Shown here piece by piece: positions 1-9,738 of a DNA stretch of 20,000 nucleotides. The notes below the pieces were generated by a model. It ran no database searches and had not been told where the DNA came from. It worked only from the letters and a program-made list of their open reading frames with translations. Each line of letters begins with the position of its first letter. The first letter of the stretch is position 1. The DNA is taken from positions 110,480 to 130,479 of the forward strand of contig JALAGF010000383.1 of the NCBI GenBank assembly GCA_030167865.1, written 5' to 3'. The translations under genes were made by a program, and so were the position numbers. The stretch is from Craspedostauros australis. Its lineage: Eukaryota.

Positions 1-1334
1 TCCGTGGTCGTCTTCATCTTTGCCTTCGCCACCTCCAGCAATGCTTCCCGCATAGCGGCAGATCGCCTCGCATCCTCTTCGCAGTCGTTGGCCAATGACA
101 AGGGCTCAAGCACACGCCACACATCCATTTCGCCATCCTTCGTCCAGTAGCCGTACACGTCCTCCCATGTCAAAGCATCGGCCCCGATGCTATTGACGAA
201 CTCTTTGTACTTGCGACGCAGCGGGCCTGCTGCCATCTTCGATCGAAAAAGCAACGAGACAGGCTGGGGACACGCGCATCCCCGTGCTGTGTTCACACTC
301 TTGCAGATCAAACCAGAACTGCGCACCTTCGTGTCATCTTGGGTCTCATCTTCTTGTCTCAACGATGGGCCGCACTCGGCTGTTGCTATTGGCTTGAAGG
401 AGAGCAATGCAAATCCGCGGGACATTTTCGTGGTTGGGTCTTTGGGCCGCATGGCCTCGAACACGGTGGGCAGATCTACCCAATGGACGCCGTACTTGAA
501 TCTGGCCGTGTCAAGGATGAGGACCTTGTCTGAGACTTCATCGTATGCTGCAATGGGAGAAAAGTGACCGCTCCCTGTCTGACCAAGTACCTTGCGAGAG
601 TAGGAAGCAACCAGCAGCTGCGTCGGTCCAGTTTGCTCCGCGCTTTGCTCGCGGTCTGCGAGGTCATCCGACGACTCGGTGCAAGCAATTCTTACCGCCT
701 GTCGGAAATCATCCAGCTGGTCATCGCTGTTGCAGTGCGTCGCATCGACGGAGAGGCCCTGGCACTGAGCCAAGCAGACGAAATCTTTGAGCGTGATCCC
801 AGTCTTCGCCACATCTTCCAGATCTAAACAGCAGTTCAGCATCCCCTCATGATACCACCGCCACGGCCCTTTCCACGTTTGGCGGGGGTCCACCGCCAGG
901 GCATTCAGCACAACGACCAAGGTGGAGATGCCGCAGAAGGCGGGCTCGGACTGCGTCGTGAATTGCTCCATCAATGGGAAGTACGACTTCAGCCCATTCG
1001 TTTGCAACGCGGACGCAAAAATGGACCTGCCCGCAGGCGATGTAAATGCCGTGCACGTTTCCGGCAGTGGACGCTTGTAAAAGGAGACACCGGCTTTGGG
1101 GCGGTTCACCTTGGCCTTCACAGCATCTGCGTCAGTATCGGCACCTGTTCGATTGACGAGAGCTGCGACTTGCTTGCGAGAAGGACACCGCCCTGCTGGT
1201 CCTCGCATTGAGGACGGCAGGCTGCTGACACCAAGTGACAAGCAACCTTGCATGACGAGCGTGAACAACAGCAGCAGCGGTGTGGAAAGGTGAATCAGTA
1301 CCAAAAACGATGCGCCACGCTGCCTTTGGGTCAT
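1..1334 (-). CDS. PCS: Phytochelatin synthase (glutathione gamma-glutamylcysteinyltransferase), 3' end beyond the window edge
   Basis: Manual minus-strand translation from ATG at 1334 is open to position 1. It reads MTQRQRGASFLVLIHLSTPLLLLFTLVMQGCLSLG...SFYKRPLPETC...YFPLMEQFTTQSEPAFCGISTLVVVLNALAVDPRQTWKGPWRWYHEGMLNCC...GITLKDFVCLAQCQG...SYSRKVLGQTGSGHFSPIAAYDEVSDKVLILDTARFKYGVHWVDL. These are the hallmark PCS motifs, with catalytic Cys (933-935), His (564-566) and Asp (510-512). It is missing from the ORF track because there is no stop codon in the window. Confidence 0.95.
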   Translation of the reverse strand, partial: MTQRQRGASFLVLIHLSTPLLLLFTLVMQGCLSLGVSSLPSSMRGPAGRCPSRKQVAALVNRTGADTDADAVKAKVNRPKAGVSFYKRPLPETCTAFTSPAGRSIFASALQTNGLKSYFPLMEQFTTQSEPAFCGISTLVVVLNALAVDPRQTWKGPWRWYHEGMLNCCLDLEDVAKTGITLKDFVCLAQCQGLSVDATHCNSDDQLDDFRQAVRIACTESSDDLADREQSAEQTGPTQLLVASYSRKVLGQTGSGHFSPIAAYDEVSDKVLILDTARFKYGVHWVDLPTVFEAMRPKDPTTKMSRGFALLSFKPIATAECGPSLRQEDETQDDTKVRSSGLICKSVNTARGCACPQPVSLLFRSKMAAGPLRRKYKEFVNSIGADALTWEDVYGYWTKDGEMDVWRVLEPLSLANDCEEDARRSAAMREALLEVAKAKMKTTT

Positions 1335-1629
1335 TCGATGGGGATGGCGGTTCGTTTTGTTGAAGGAGAGAGTAGTCTGTTGTTGATGGAAGTCCTCGTG
1401 GTGCACGAGTACTCGTACGAGAATGTAGGTGTGGAGGATGGTCGAGTAGTTATAGTGTTACGAGTGATCCACGGACAGGACGGTGTTGCATCATTCAATC
1501 CTGGTGGGTGCCATCATCTTCGATCACCAATGACCGTGTCTCTGCTTGGCAGGTTTCCTTGTTGGGCACAGGTTTGGTGGTTGGCTCGTCTTGGATGCGA
1601 TGGGATGGGCGCGGAACAACGTTCGTTGT

Positions 1630-1658
1630 TGCTTCGGCCTGCTTCGGCCTGCTTCGGC
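1630..1658. repeat. 10-bp tandem repeat (TGCTTCGGCC, ~2.9 copies)
   Basis: tgcttcggcc tgcttcggcc tgcttcggc read directly, in the PCS/RING divergent intergenic region. Confidence 0.85.
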
Positions 1659-2015
1659 AGAATCGTCCCCGTGACTTGTTCTCTGTTGGATCACGAATAG
1701 CTTCGTTTAGTCGTGCATAAATGTGGACGTTGGGCTGTTTTCCACACGGAACGACGACAGCATTAATTTGTATTCAGATATGAGTATATATATATTGTGT
1801 CGTAGCAGAAACGATCACCTCCTCACAATTTCTCCCGACCAACAACGACCAACAACGACCAACTGACAACCAAAACGACGATTTTGCGGATTGGCACATC
1901 AAGTGTGCGGAGAGGTGCATCCAACAGCAACGGTATCGCAACGGCGCAAACAACGTCAACTGCCATGATCGGTGGTGGTAGTACTCACATTGCGCCCGAA
2001 ATAGTGCGGTGGGAA

Positions 2016-2080
2016 CACCTCACCTCACCACACCACACCACACCACACCACACCACAACACTTCTCAACACTTCTCAACA
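2016..2080. repeat. Pentanucleotide microsatellite (CACCT)2(CACCA)6 followed by (CTTCTCAACA)2
   Basis: Read directly from the sequence. Confidence 0.9.
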
Positions 2081-2542
2081 CAGCAAAAGCACTACCATCA
2101 CTACCATCGCTGCCGTCACTGCCAAATCATTTTCCACATCAAGATACGAGCCGTTCTTGCACTTGGTGGACATACAAGCACATACTAGCACATGCGAGCG
2201 CTCTTGCCCTTCCTCTTTCTGGAACTCGCACTCCGTCCATACAGTACAAGGAATGTTTCATGTAAATTGATTGTCTCCATCATCCCTCAAAGAACGAACG
2301 CTTCATTCCAAGACACAATCAAAGACTACCGACACATCATCAAGCACGCAGGGAACAGAAGCATCGAAAACACGTCTTCATTCGATATCCTCCAATCTCC
2401 ATCCTCCTCTTAACCATTCAATCAAGCATCTGCTGGGTCAATCATCCATCGAACCACCCCTCCACCCCTCGATCAACCCAGCATTATCAAGCTCGGCTAC
2501 ATCCACGAACAAGCCGGCATCGTTCGAACCAACCACACCGAC

Positions 2543-3766
2543 ATGATGGGCAAGTTATGTTTATTCGTTGGCTTCCTTTGGCTGAATGCAAGCCATATGA
2601 TCGTCGCTGCAACACCCAAAGCAAACGAGAATGAGCATGCAGTAATGAGGCCTTTCCAAACGCCTCAGCCTGCGGGACATGCCAAATCCAATTTGATCGC
2701 CGATGAATTCATAAAAAAGCGAGCCCTTTCCGATTCCGATGACACGGCTTCGCCGCTCGCAGGGCCTGCGCCACAGACACCGCCGGATGGGGGAGGACCC
2801 AACAACACAACAAGCGGCTGCATCGATGTGGGATTTGGGTGTATCGATGCCTCCGAACGGTCATCATCATTCTCCTGGGATGATATTGACCGCCAGAGTG
2901 CAGACGAAGAGGGAGATGGGAATCCTTCGCGTTTGGCGAAACGCCCCAAGGACCTGGAACTGTTCCTGATAGGTCTGTTTATCTTCGCAGCCATGTGGCT
3001 CCTCATCGCGATCATCTACTCGCTCCTTCTCTTGCTCGTGCTTCACATGCAGGCTCATGGGCAGCTGGATATCTACGACGATGATTTCGGCACCTTTCGG
3101 TTCTGCGGAGGCCGCTTGCGCATTCGCATGGGATGCATCCTTCGCCGGTACGCCATCCAACTGGACTTGAACGACCAGCAGCGCAGACAGCCACATCAAG
3201 AGGGACAACCAAGCACCATCCGAATCATGACTAGGCACGAACGACGCAATGCGATCGATGCTCTGCTGCAGGCTTGCGTTTCAGAGTCGGCGGAAGAACC
3301 TTCAATCGAAAAGCCGCGATCTCCTGCGAAGTCAACATCTCGGGAAAGTGCACACAGCGATGCCTCAGCTGGACATGCCTCGGTGGCAAGCGAATGCACG
3401 TGTGCCATATGCTTGTCGGGATATGAAACTGGGGATAAAGTGTACAAGTCGAGCACGTGTTCTCATCACTTCCATCACGAGTGCATTCTGGACTGGCTGC
3501 AACGTCGAGCGAACAGCCAATGCCCCTGTTGCCGCAAGGATCTTGTCGACGAGGAAGAGGTTTGGCAGCACGTGAAGCAGACCCGAAAAAAGCTCCGCAA
3601 ACAATCGCAGGGCGAAGCAGTTGGCCTCAAGGCGAAGCTTGCAAGATGGTTCCTTGGGCGATCGGATGACCAGTCGCTGGTAAGCGAATCGGTGGAAGGT
3701 GAAAACACTGACAGCAGCGACCACGACGAAAGCGATCTTGAGATAGGGAACTCTTCTGGTCGCTGA
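2543..3766 (+). CDS. Membrane-anchored RING-H2 (C3H2C3) E3 ubiquitin ligase, ATL-like architecture
   Basis: 407-aa intronless ORF. It has an N-terminal signal-like segment (MMGKLCLFVGFLWLNASHMIVA) and one long hydrophobic helix (LFLIGLFIFAAMWLLIAIIYSLLLLLVL). The RING-H2 motif CAICLSGY...CSHHFHHECILDWL...CPCCR lies at ~3401-3535. Confidence 0.9.
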   Translation: MMGKLCLFVGFLWLNASHMIVAATPKANENEHAVMRPFQTPQPAGHAKSNLIADEFIKKRALSDSDDTASPLAGPAPQTPPDGGGPNNTTSGCIDVGFGCIDASERSSSFSWDDIDRQSADEEGDGNPSRLAKRPKDLELFLIGLFIFAAMWLLIAIIYSLLLLLVLHMQAHGQLDIYDDDFGTFRFCGGRLRIRMGCILRRYAIQLDLNDQQRRQPHQEGQPSTIRIMTRHERRNAIDALLQACVSESAEEPSIEKPRSPAKSTSRESAHSDASAGHASVASECTCAICLSGYETGDKVYKSSTCSHHFHHECILDWLQRRANSQCPCCRKDLVDEEEVWQHVKQTRKKLRKQSQGEAVGLKAKLARWFLGRSDDQSLVSESVEGENTDSSDHDESDLEIGNSSGR

Positions 3767-4232
3767 GAGAAAACATAAATAGGAGCATGCATGACTTTAC
3801 CAATTTGCAGACAAGCATCCAGCATCCCTTGTCCGTGGCATGGCGAAGTGTGGCGTGGTGTGGCAAAGGCGATAGTATCAACTGATTACACGGCAGATCA
3901 GCGTTTGCGCTTGGAGACGAGGCATCAGGAAAAGCAGCGATGGCATAACGACGACAAGGCATGTTCTTCTCGCTACTGAAATGCCGCGACGACACGCTGG
4001 AGTGCAGGCACATCACCCCTCAAGGACTTGTATTGTAGAACAGGCCCAATCTCTCTCCGAGCGCACGTCGAACAGACAACCATTTCGTGTGAGGACCAAC
4101 AAGATATTATATCAATATCCGAGTTTGTGTTATTGCGGCATGGCGCTCCACTGTCCTATGAGTACTCGCAGTACTAGTATGAGCGTGCACGTGTGCGGCT
4201 CACCATCCGAGTACACACAGTGTGACCATGCT

Positions 4233-5021
4233 CTACCAATTCTCGACGCTTGGGCGTACGTCTAGTTCGAACGTCCAGCATGACTTTGGCTGGCATGCGA
4301 CGTTCCAGTAGGTGTTGGCGATCGCATTGGGGTCAATCTTGGTCTCGTCAGAATCATCCTTGCCGATGCCACCGTCGATGATGAAGTATCCGACATGGAC
4401 GCCCTTGGGTCCCAGATCTCGCGCCAACGACTGTGCCAGCAAGCGTTGCGCGCCTTTCGCAGGGGCAAAGCCAGCCGAGAAGGGCTTGCCACGAAGGGAA
4501 GCCGTTGCGCCTGTCACCAGGAACGTACCTGCTCCACGTTCCACCATGGCTGGCGCGATGGCCTGGGCAGTCTTCAGCAGACCATGGACGTTGGTTTTCA
4601 TGCTCTGGTCGAAGCGATCCAAATCAATCTTGTCGTAGGTGTTCCAAACTCCGTTGCCAGCATTGTAGATGCAAGTGTTGATGGGCCCGAGATCCTTCTT
4701 GATGCTGGCAACGGCTGCCTCGATATCTTCAGGCTTGGTGACATCGCAAGCGTACCCCGTTGCGCTCGGCATCGAGGATTCCGCCGCCTTCAGCTTGTCA
4801 ATGGAACGGGCAAGGATGGCGACCTTGTACCCTTCTGACGCCCATTTTGCTGCACACGCAGCGCCCAAGCCTGGGCCGTATCCGAAGATCACGCAGACTT
4901 TCTGTGCTGCACCTGTCGCCATGGCTCTTGAATTTGACAAACACAGAAGGAGCAGTAGCGCAATGAGAATATTTGTTGCTCGCGTAGACCTTACGATGTT
5001 GAGAGGTGCCAGCGATTTCAT
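4233..5021 (-). CDS. Short-chain dehydrogenase/reductase (atypical, FxxxK instead of YxxxK)
   Basis: Contains the Rossmann motif VIFGYGPGLG, YNAG, VTGATASLRG and FAPAKGAQRLLAQSLARDLGPKGVHV...IIDGGI, ending in WTFELDVRP. The most plausible start is ATG 5021 (MKSLAPL..., followed by a hydrophobic signal-like stretch); ATG 4922 is an alternative. The track's start at 5219 probably includes UTR. Confidence 0.9.
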   Translation of the reverse strand: MKSLAPLNIVRSTRATNILIALLLLLCLSNSRAMATGAAQKVCVIFGYGPGLGAACAAKWASEGYKVAILARSIDKLKAAESSMPSATGYACDVTKPEDIEAAVASIKKDLGPINTCIYNAGNGVWNTYDKIDLDRFDQSMKTNVHGLLKTAQAIAPAMVERGAGTFLVTGATASLRGKPFSAGFAPAKGAQRLLAQSLARDLGPKGVHVGYFIIDGGIGKDDSDETKIDPNAIANTYWNVACQPKSCWTFELDVRPSVENW

Positions 5022-5622
5022 CCGTCGGTCGGAGGTTGTGTGATTATGACTCAAAGGCGACGATGAGAGAGGATGCGGATGAATAGTACTGTGCAGCCAG
5101 GCAACTGCGCGTACCTCATGTTTCTCATCACGTTGCTGTTGCTGGCATCTCCCCGAAGATCCTTTGTGTTCTTTTTCGTTCTTGACGCTGGATCTCTCCG
5201 TCTCGAAAGATACCGACACAGAATCGCTGTTTTGTGGACAAGATGCACGCGGAGTGTGCGCAGACAGGGCAGTAACAGGAAAAGGAAAGCGTGGTGGCGG
5301 AAAGCAGCTCGTAGCCGATTGTCGCTGTCGGTCACACCAACGACGGGCGGAGGATCTTCGACAGTCGTGCGCAAAGTCTACTAACAGAGAGTGCCGCAGC
5401 TCGTACTACTACACATACGACGAACCATCGCCTGTGCAGTACCAAGAGTCTCTTTTCATCCGAAGATACCCACCCTAACCGTTGTTGGTGTTGCATCCGA
5501 AGCAACCGACACCAGCAGAAAATCTCACCCCACACCAACATCTTGATCATCAGGCAACATCAGTACTGTACTAGTGGCGTAGATGGTAGAGAAGAATTGG
5601 CGACTGCGCGTACGGATGAAGC

Positions 5623-6897
5623 ATGATGAATCCATTCAAGCCGCATTGGGATCTTTACCCCAAGACGTACACAGCTCCAAAAGCACCGACCTCCTTCCTG
5701 GATCAGCTCAACGGGGATTTGACCAAGCCTGCGTGGGCATCGGTGCCGTGGTCTGACGATTTTGACGATATCCGCGGAGTGGAAGATGCGCCGCAAGCGG
5801 AACGACCGTCGCCATCCTGCCGCACGCGTTTCAAAGCCATGTGGGACGACACCCATCTGTACTTCGGCGCATTGGTGGAATCGGACTTCGAAACGCAAGC
5901 CCACTTCACCGAGCGGAACTCGCCGATCTATCAGAAAGATTCCGACTTTGAGATCTTCGTCGACCCCATCGGAAGCTGTCACCACTACAAGGAATTTGAA
6001 GTGAATGCCATCAATACGGTCTGGAACCTCATGCTGGACAAACCGTACGGCGACGGCGGCAGGGAGTTTTCGGGGCGAGTTGCCAAGCCTGGGGAAGAGC
6101 AGTACTACGAGGTTTACAATCAACGAAGTGCCACCAAAGTGGTCAAAGGTCGCTTGAACAGCCCCGGCCAAGGGGCGACGTGGTCTGTGGAAGTCGCGAT
6201 GTCCTTTGACGACTTACTCAAGGATGAGTTTCTCGAGGATCACGTCGGAGATACGAGCATTGGCTCCACCACCACTCCAGCAGCTGATGACGGCGCACAC
6301 TCACGCATCAGTCCACCACCTCCACGGGCTGGCACAATGCTGAGGGTGAATTTCAGCCGGGTGGAACATCAGGGTGATACCAACTGGACATGGCAACCGC
6401 AGATTGTATGGGACCCAACACGGAGTAGATACGGCGGGTTCATTCAGATGCACTTCCCGGATGCCTGGGGATACCTTGTCCTTGGTGATAGTAGTGACGA
6501 GGGCGAACGTGCGTTGCAATCGAACGGAACGGGTCGTCTGGATCTTACAATCGCGAACAATGGCGATTCGAACGGAAACGCTGGTGCGACCGTCCGTGAT
6601 CCTAGTTGGCCAGCAAGATTGGCTGCGATGAATGTCTACTATGCCCAGCACGCCCACCGTGATGCCGAAGGAGTATTCGCGTCGACGATGCAGCAGCTCG
6701 CGCCATTCGTTGATCGCAATGTGACGGAGCCGTTCAGCATCCGGCTGTCGACACAGTCGCCATCGTCGTCGGAGCCATCCAGTGATCACTTCTCCGCGGT
6801 GATATCAAGCGAGCACCTGAATTGTGAGGTCTCCATCACGGACGATCGACATGTGCAAGTCCAAAACGAGGCAACAGATGTTTCCGATGCGAGATAA
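5623..6897 (+). CDS. Carbohydrate-binding family 9-like (CBM9/DOMON-like) protein
   Basis: 424-aa intronless ORF with an in-frame TGA just upstream (5617-5619). Motifs LNGDL..PAW, RFKAMWDDTHLYF, DSDFEIFVDP, YKEFEVNAINTVWNLMLDKPY.DGG, WSVEVAM, RVNFSRVE, NWTWQPQ and MHFPDAWGY match the CBM9-like family as recalled from bacteria. Confidence 0.8.
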   Translation: MMNPFKPHWDLYPKTYTAPKAPTSFLDQLNGDLTKPAWASVPWSDDFDDIRGVEDAPQAERPSPSCRTRFKAMWDDTHLYFGALVESDFETQAHFTERNSPIYQKDSDFEIFVDPIGSCHHYKEFEVNAINTVWNLMLDKPYGDGGREFSGRVAKPGEEQYYEVYNQRSATKVVKGRLNSPGQGATWSVEVAMSFDDLLKDEFLEDHVGDTSIGSTTTPAADDGAHSRISPPPPRAGTMLRVNFSRVEHQGDTNWTWQPQIVWDPTRSRYGGFIQMHFPDAWGYLVLGDSSDEGERALQSNGTGRLDLTIANNGDSNGNAGATVRDPSWPARLAAMNVYYAQHAHRDAEGVFASTMQQLAPFVDRNVTEPFSIRLSTQSPSSSEPSSDHFSAVISSEHLNCEVSITDDRHVQVQNEATDVSDAR

Positions 6898-7312
6898 ATG
6901 TTGCAGCGGATTGCAAGTAGTATGATGCACTCGTAGCATGTGCGTGCGCGCGACTTTGGCAAGAGCGTGGGCAACATGAGTGCCGCGTCAGTCTCTTCAA
7001 GCGCTGTTGCCCACGCGATGGTATATGTCGCAATTTGCAGCTTCCTCTGTAAGGCTCGCATTTACTCGCGGTCAATCCACACTTGCAGCCCTTGCTCCCG
7101 TTTCGTTCTGCGAGGCCAAGAGCGAGCGACCGCCTCAGCTTCTCCGCAGAGTGTTAGTGATTGTATGTACCACACGAGAATCATACACAGGCACCTATGC
7201 CGGCTACCTACGTACAGGAGCATCCGTACAGAATTACCCAGAGCCGGCAACACATCAGGAGGGAATGCGCATTTCGAGTCGTGCATACGAAGACCAAGAA
7301 AAGTATCAATGA

Positions 7313-7398
7313 TTTCGTAAAAGTTCGACTGCTGTGACTCTTGTGACTGCTCCTTCGGAAACTGAAAATCGACGACGAAAGAAGCGCCGCGAAGATCT
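7313..7398 (+). promoter_or_regulatory. Candidate cis-regulatory module upstream of RPN3, shared with PSMB2
   Basis: TTTCGTAAAAGTTCGA (7313-7328), GAAAATCGA (7364-7372) and CCGCGAAGATCT (7387-7398) have near-identical counterparts in the same order at 16392-16471. Confidence 0.45.
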
Positions 7399-7634
7399 GT
7401 TGTTGTTGTTGTCGTTGCGTTGTCGTTGCTGTTGTTTTGGATCCTGTCTTCTCTTGTGGTCATGAGCGGAACCGCGGCGAAGAGCGCTGTTGGCCGAGTT
7501 GTAGCAGTTCCCGACACAAGAGAGAGGATCAGGTTGATTTCGAACATTGGGAAGTGCGATACACCATTGCACGAAATCAGCACGAGCAATAGCAATACCA
7601 AAAGTAAGAGCAAGAGAGAAAAAGAACGTCAAAG

Positions 7635-9738
7635 ATGGTTGACAAGAAGGCAGAAGCGAAGAAGGAAGACAAGGGGGCTGCAGGCGCAGCCGACAACTCG
7701 CCATCGTCATCGGGAGACAGCAAGGAGGCATCGGCCGCCGCAAAGAAACTGCCTCCACTGATCGCCGCGTCCCGGCGTTTGGATGCGCAGCTCGGCGGTG
7801 GGTTGGCCGCGAAGGATAGAGCGCTGTACTCTTACATCAACCCAGTCAAGGTGCTGCGGCGATGGCTGGGCATGGCCTCTGGCGCATCCTCGAGCTGCGC
7901 CTTGGGTGATATCGCGAAGGCCGCTGAGAGCTTGCTGGACCCAGAAGGTCCCTGCAAGGCTGGCCGCAACTTGCTGCTCGGATTCGCAGCGCCGGAGAGC
8001 GACAAAGCCGAATCCATGGAGGTCGATGACGCAGCTCCTTCGAAGGATGGCGAAGCGGAGGCACCCGCTTTCCTGTCTCTGTCGTCGGCAAGAGAGATCG
8101 AGGGTTGGCTGATCAGCCTGGCAGTGCGCTTGCTCATCAAGGACAAGAAGTACAGCGAGGCCATGGAGCTGTCGCAGAAGGGAATCGCGATCACACACAA
8201 GCACATCCAGGCATCGTCAAGCCAGCTGACCGCCAAGAACGGATTCTCCGCGAACTCGCTGTTCCCAGGACTTGCCCGGCTGTACAGATACAGGTCGTTG
8301 GTGTCGGAACTGCTCAATGACCCCAGTCTTGCCGCCGATCTCCGACAGGACTTGGTCAAGGCTCACAACATGGCCTGTCTTCGTCGTGATGTCGACTCCC
8401 AGTCGACGTTGCTGAATCTCATGCTGAGGGACTACCTGTTGCATGACCAAGGTACGTGACATGGTGTTTATCACAACACGGAGATTTGCGTCGCGATGCC
8501 TTTCCCTCGCGTTGCAGCTAGGTCTCCATGCCTTCCATCTCGTGTGACATGAAACGATGCGATGTGTTGTGTTGTGACGATGTGGCGTGACATGACGGAA
8601 CGCAAGTGTTTCCTCACTCCGCAGAATACCATCGTTAGTGATAGTATTCGGTTGAGTGCGGGTCCATCGTATTGTTAGATCAGAGATGCAAGCCATCGCC
8701 ATGGATGCTCCGCTGCAGAATGCGCCGATGAAAGAGATCTGAACCACATTTATATGGCCGGCTACGAAGAAACGAACAAACCTCACGAAGGTGGCCTCAT
8801 GCACTCACTCGCTCACTCAATCTCGCCGCTCCTTCCACTTTCCCGACCGCTCGACCGATCGCCCTGCTTTAACCGCTACGTTTCATTCCATTCCATTAAA
8901 TTCCATTTCATACCCAGTCGAACAAGCGCACAAGCTCCTGACGAATTCGACCTTCCCCGACTCCGCGTCGAACAATCAGCTCTGCCGTTACCTGTACAAC
9001 AGCGGCCGAATCCACGCGCTGAGACTCGAGTACACCAAAGCATTCTCCAGCCTCTCCCAGTCGTTGCGGAAGGCGCCCAGCAACACAGGGTTGGGATTCC
9101 GCATCGAAGTGCAGCGCTTGCTGATTGTGGTGCAATTGCTGATGGGCGAGATCCCGGATCGGCATCTTTTCTTCACCGAAGGCATGAAAACAGAGCTGGC
9201 TCCGTACCTTCGTATCACGCAGGCTGTTCGCAAGGGAGACCTGAAGACGTTCACGGCTGTCGTGTCTGAAAATGCTCCTCGCCTTCAAAAGGACCGCACT
9301 TACACGCTCATCTCGCGTCTTGCTCATCAGGTCGTGAAGGCAGGATTGCGCAAGCTGCACATCAGCTATTCCCGAATGTCGTTGCAGGACGTTGCCGATC
9401 GTTTGGGACTTCCTTCTGCAACTTCGGCTGAATTTGTGGTGGCAAAGGCCGTTCGCGACGGTGTGCTGGATGCCACGATCCACCACGAGGAGGGGTACAT
9501 GCAGAGCCACGACCTCGTCGATGTCTACGCCACGCAGGAACCGGCAGAGGCATTCCACAGACGTATCGCGTACTGCTTGACAACGCACAACGACGCCGTC
9601 CGAGCCATGCGCTATCCGCCAGATGAGTACAAGCGTCAGCTGGAGGCCAGCCGCGGGAACCGTGGCAAGAGCAGCGACGACAAGACCGACGAGGAGAAGG
9701 CAAGAGAATTAGAGGATGAGATGGATGATGACTACTAA
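7635..9738 (+). CDS. RPN3: 26S proteasome regulatory (lid) subunit RPN3/PSMD3; exons 7635-8451 and 8918-9738, 545 aa
   Basis: Splicing joins ...LLNLMLRDYLLHDQ-V-EQAHKLL... in frame. The PCI domain and Rpn3 C-terminus are clear: SNNQLCRYLYNSGRIHALRLEY, VVQLLMGEIPDR, ISYSRMSLQDVA, AEFVVAKAVRDGVLDATI, DVYATQEPAEAFHRRIAYCLTTHNDAVRAMRYP. Confidence 0.96.
8452..8917 (+). other. Spliceosomal intron of RPN3 (466 bp, phase 1)
   Basis: Donor G|GTACGT, pyrimidine-rich 3' end and acceptor CCCAG|TC. Removal restores the conserved reading frame. Confidence 0.93.

Noticed and set aside
187-1293. Plus-strand ORFs of 64-126 aa in the track
   Set aside because: They are antisense shadows of the minus-strand phytochelatin synthase frame.
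5022-5219. Extended SDR N-terminus given by the ORF track
   Set aside because: The sequence is low-complexity and UTR-like, and the track start is not an ATG. ATG 5021 gives a coherent leader.
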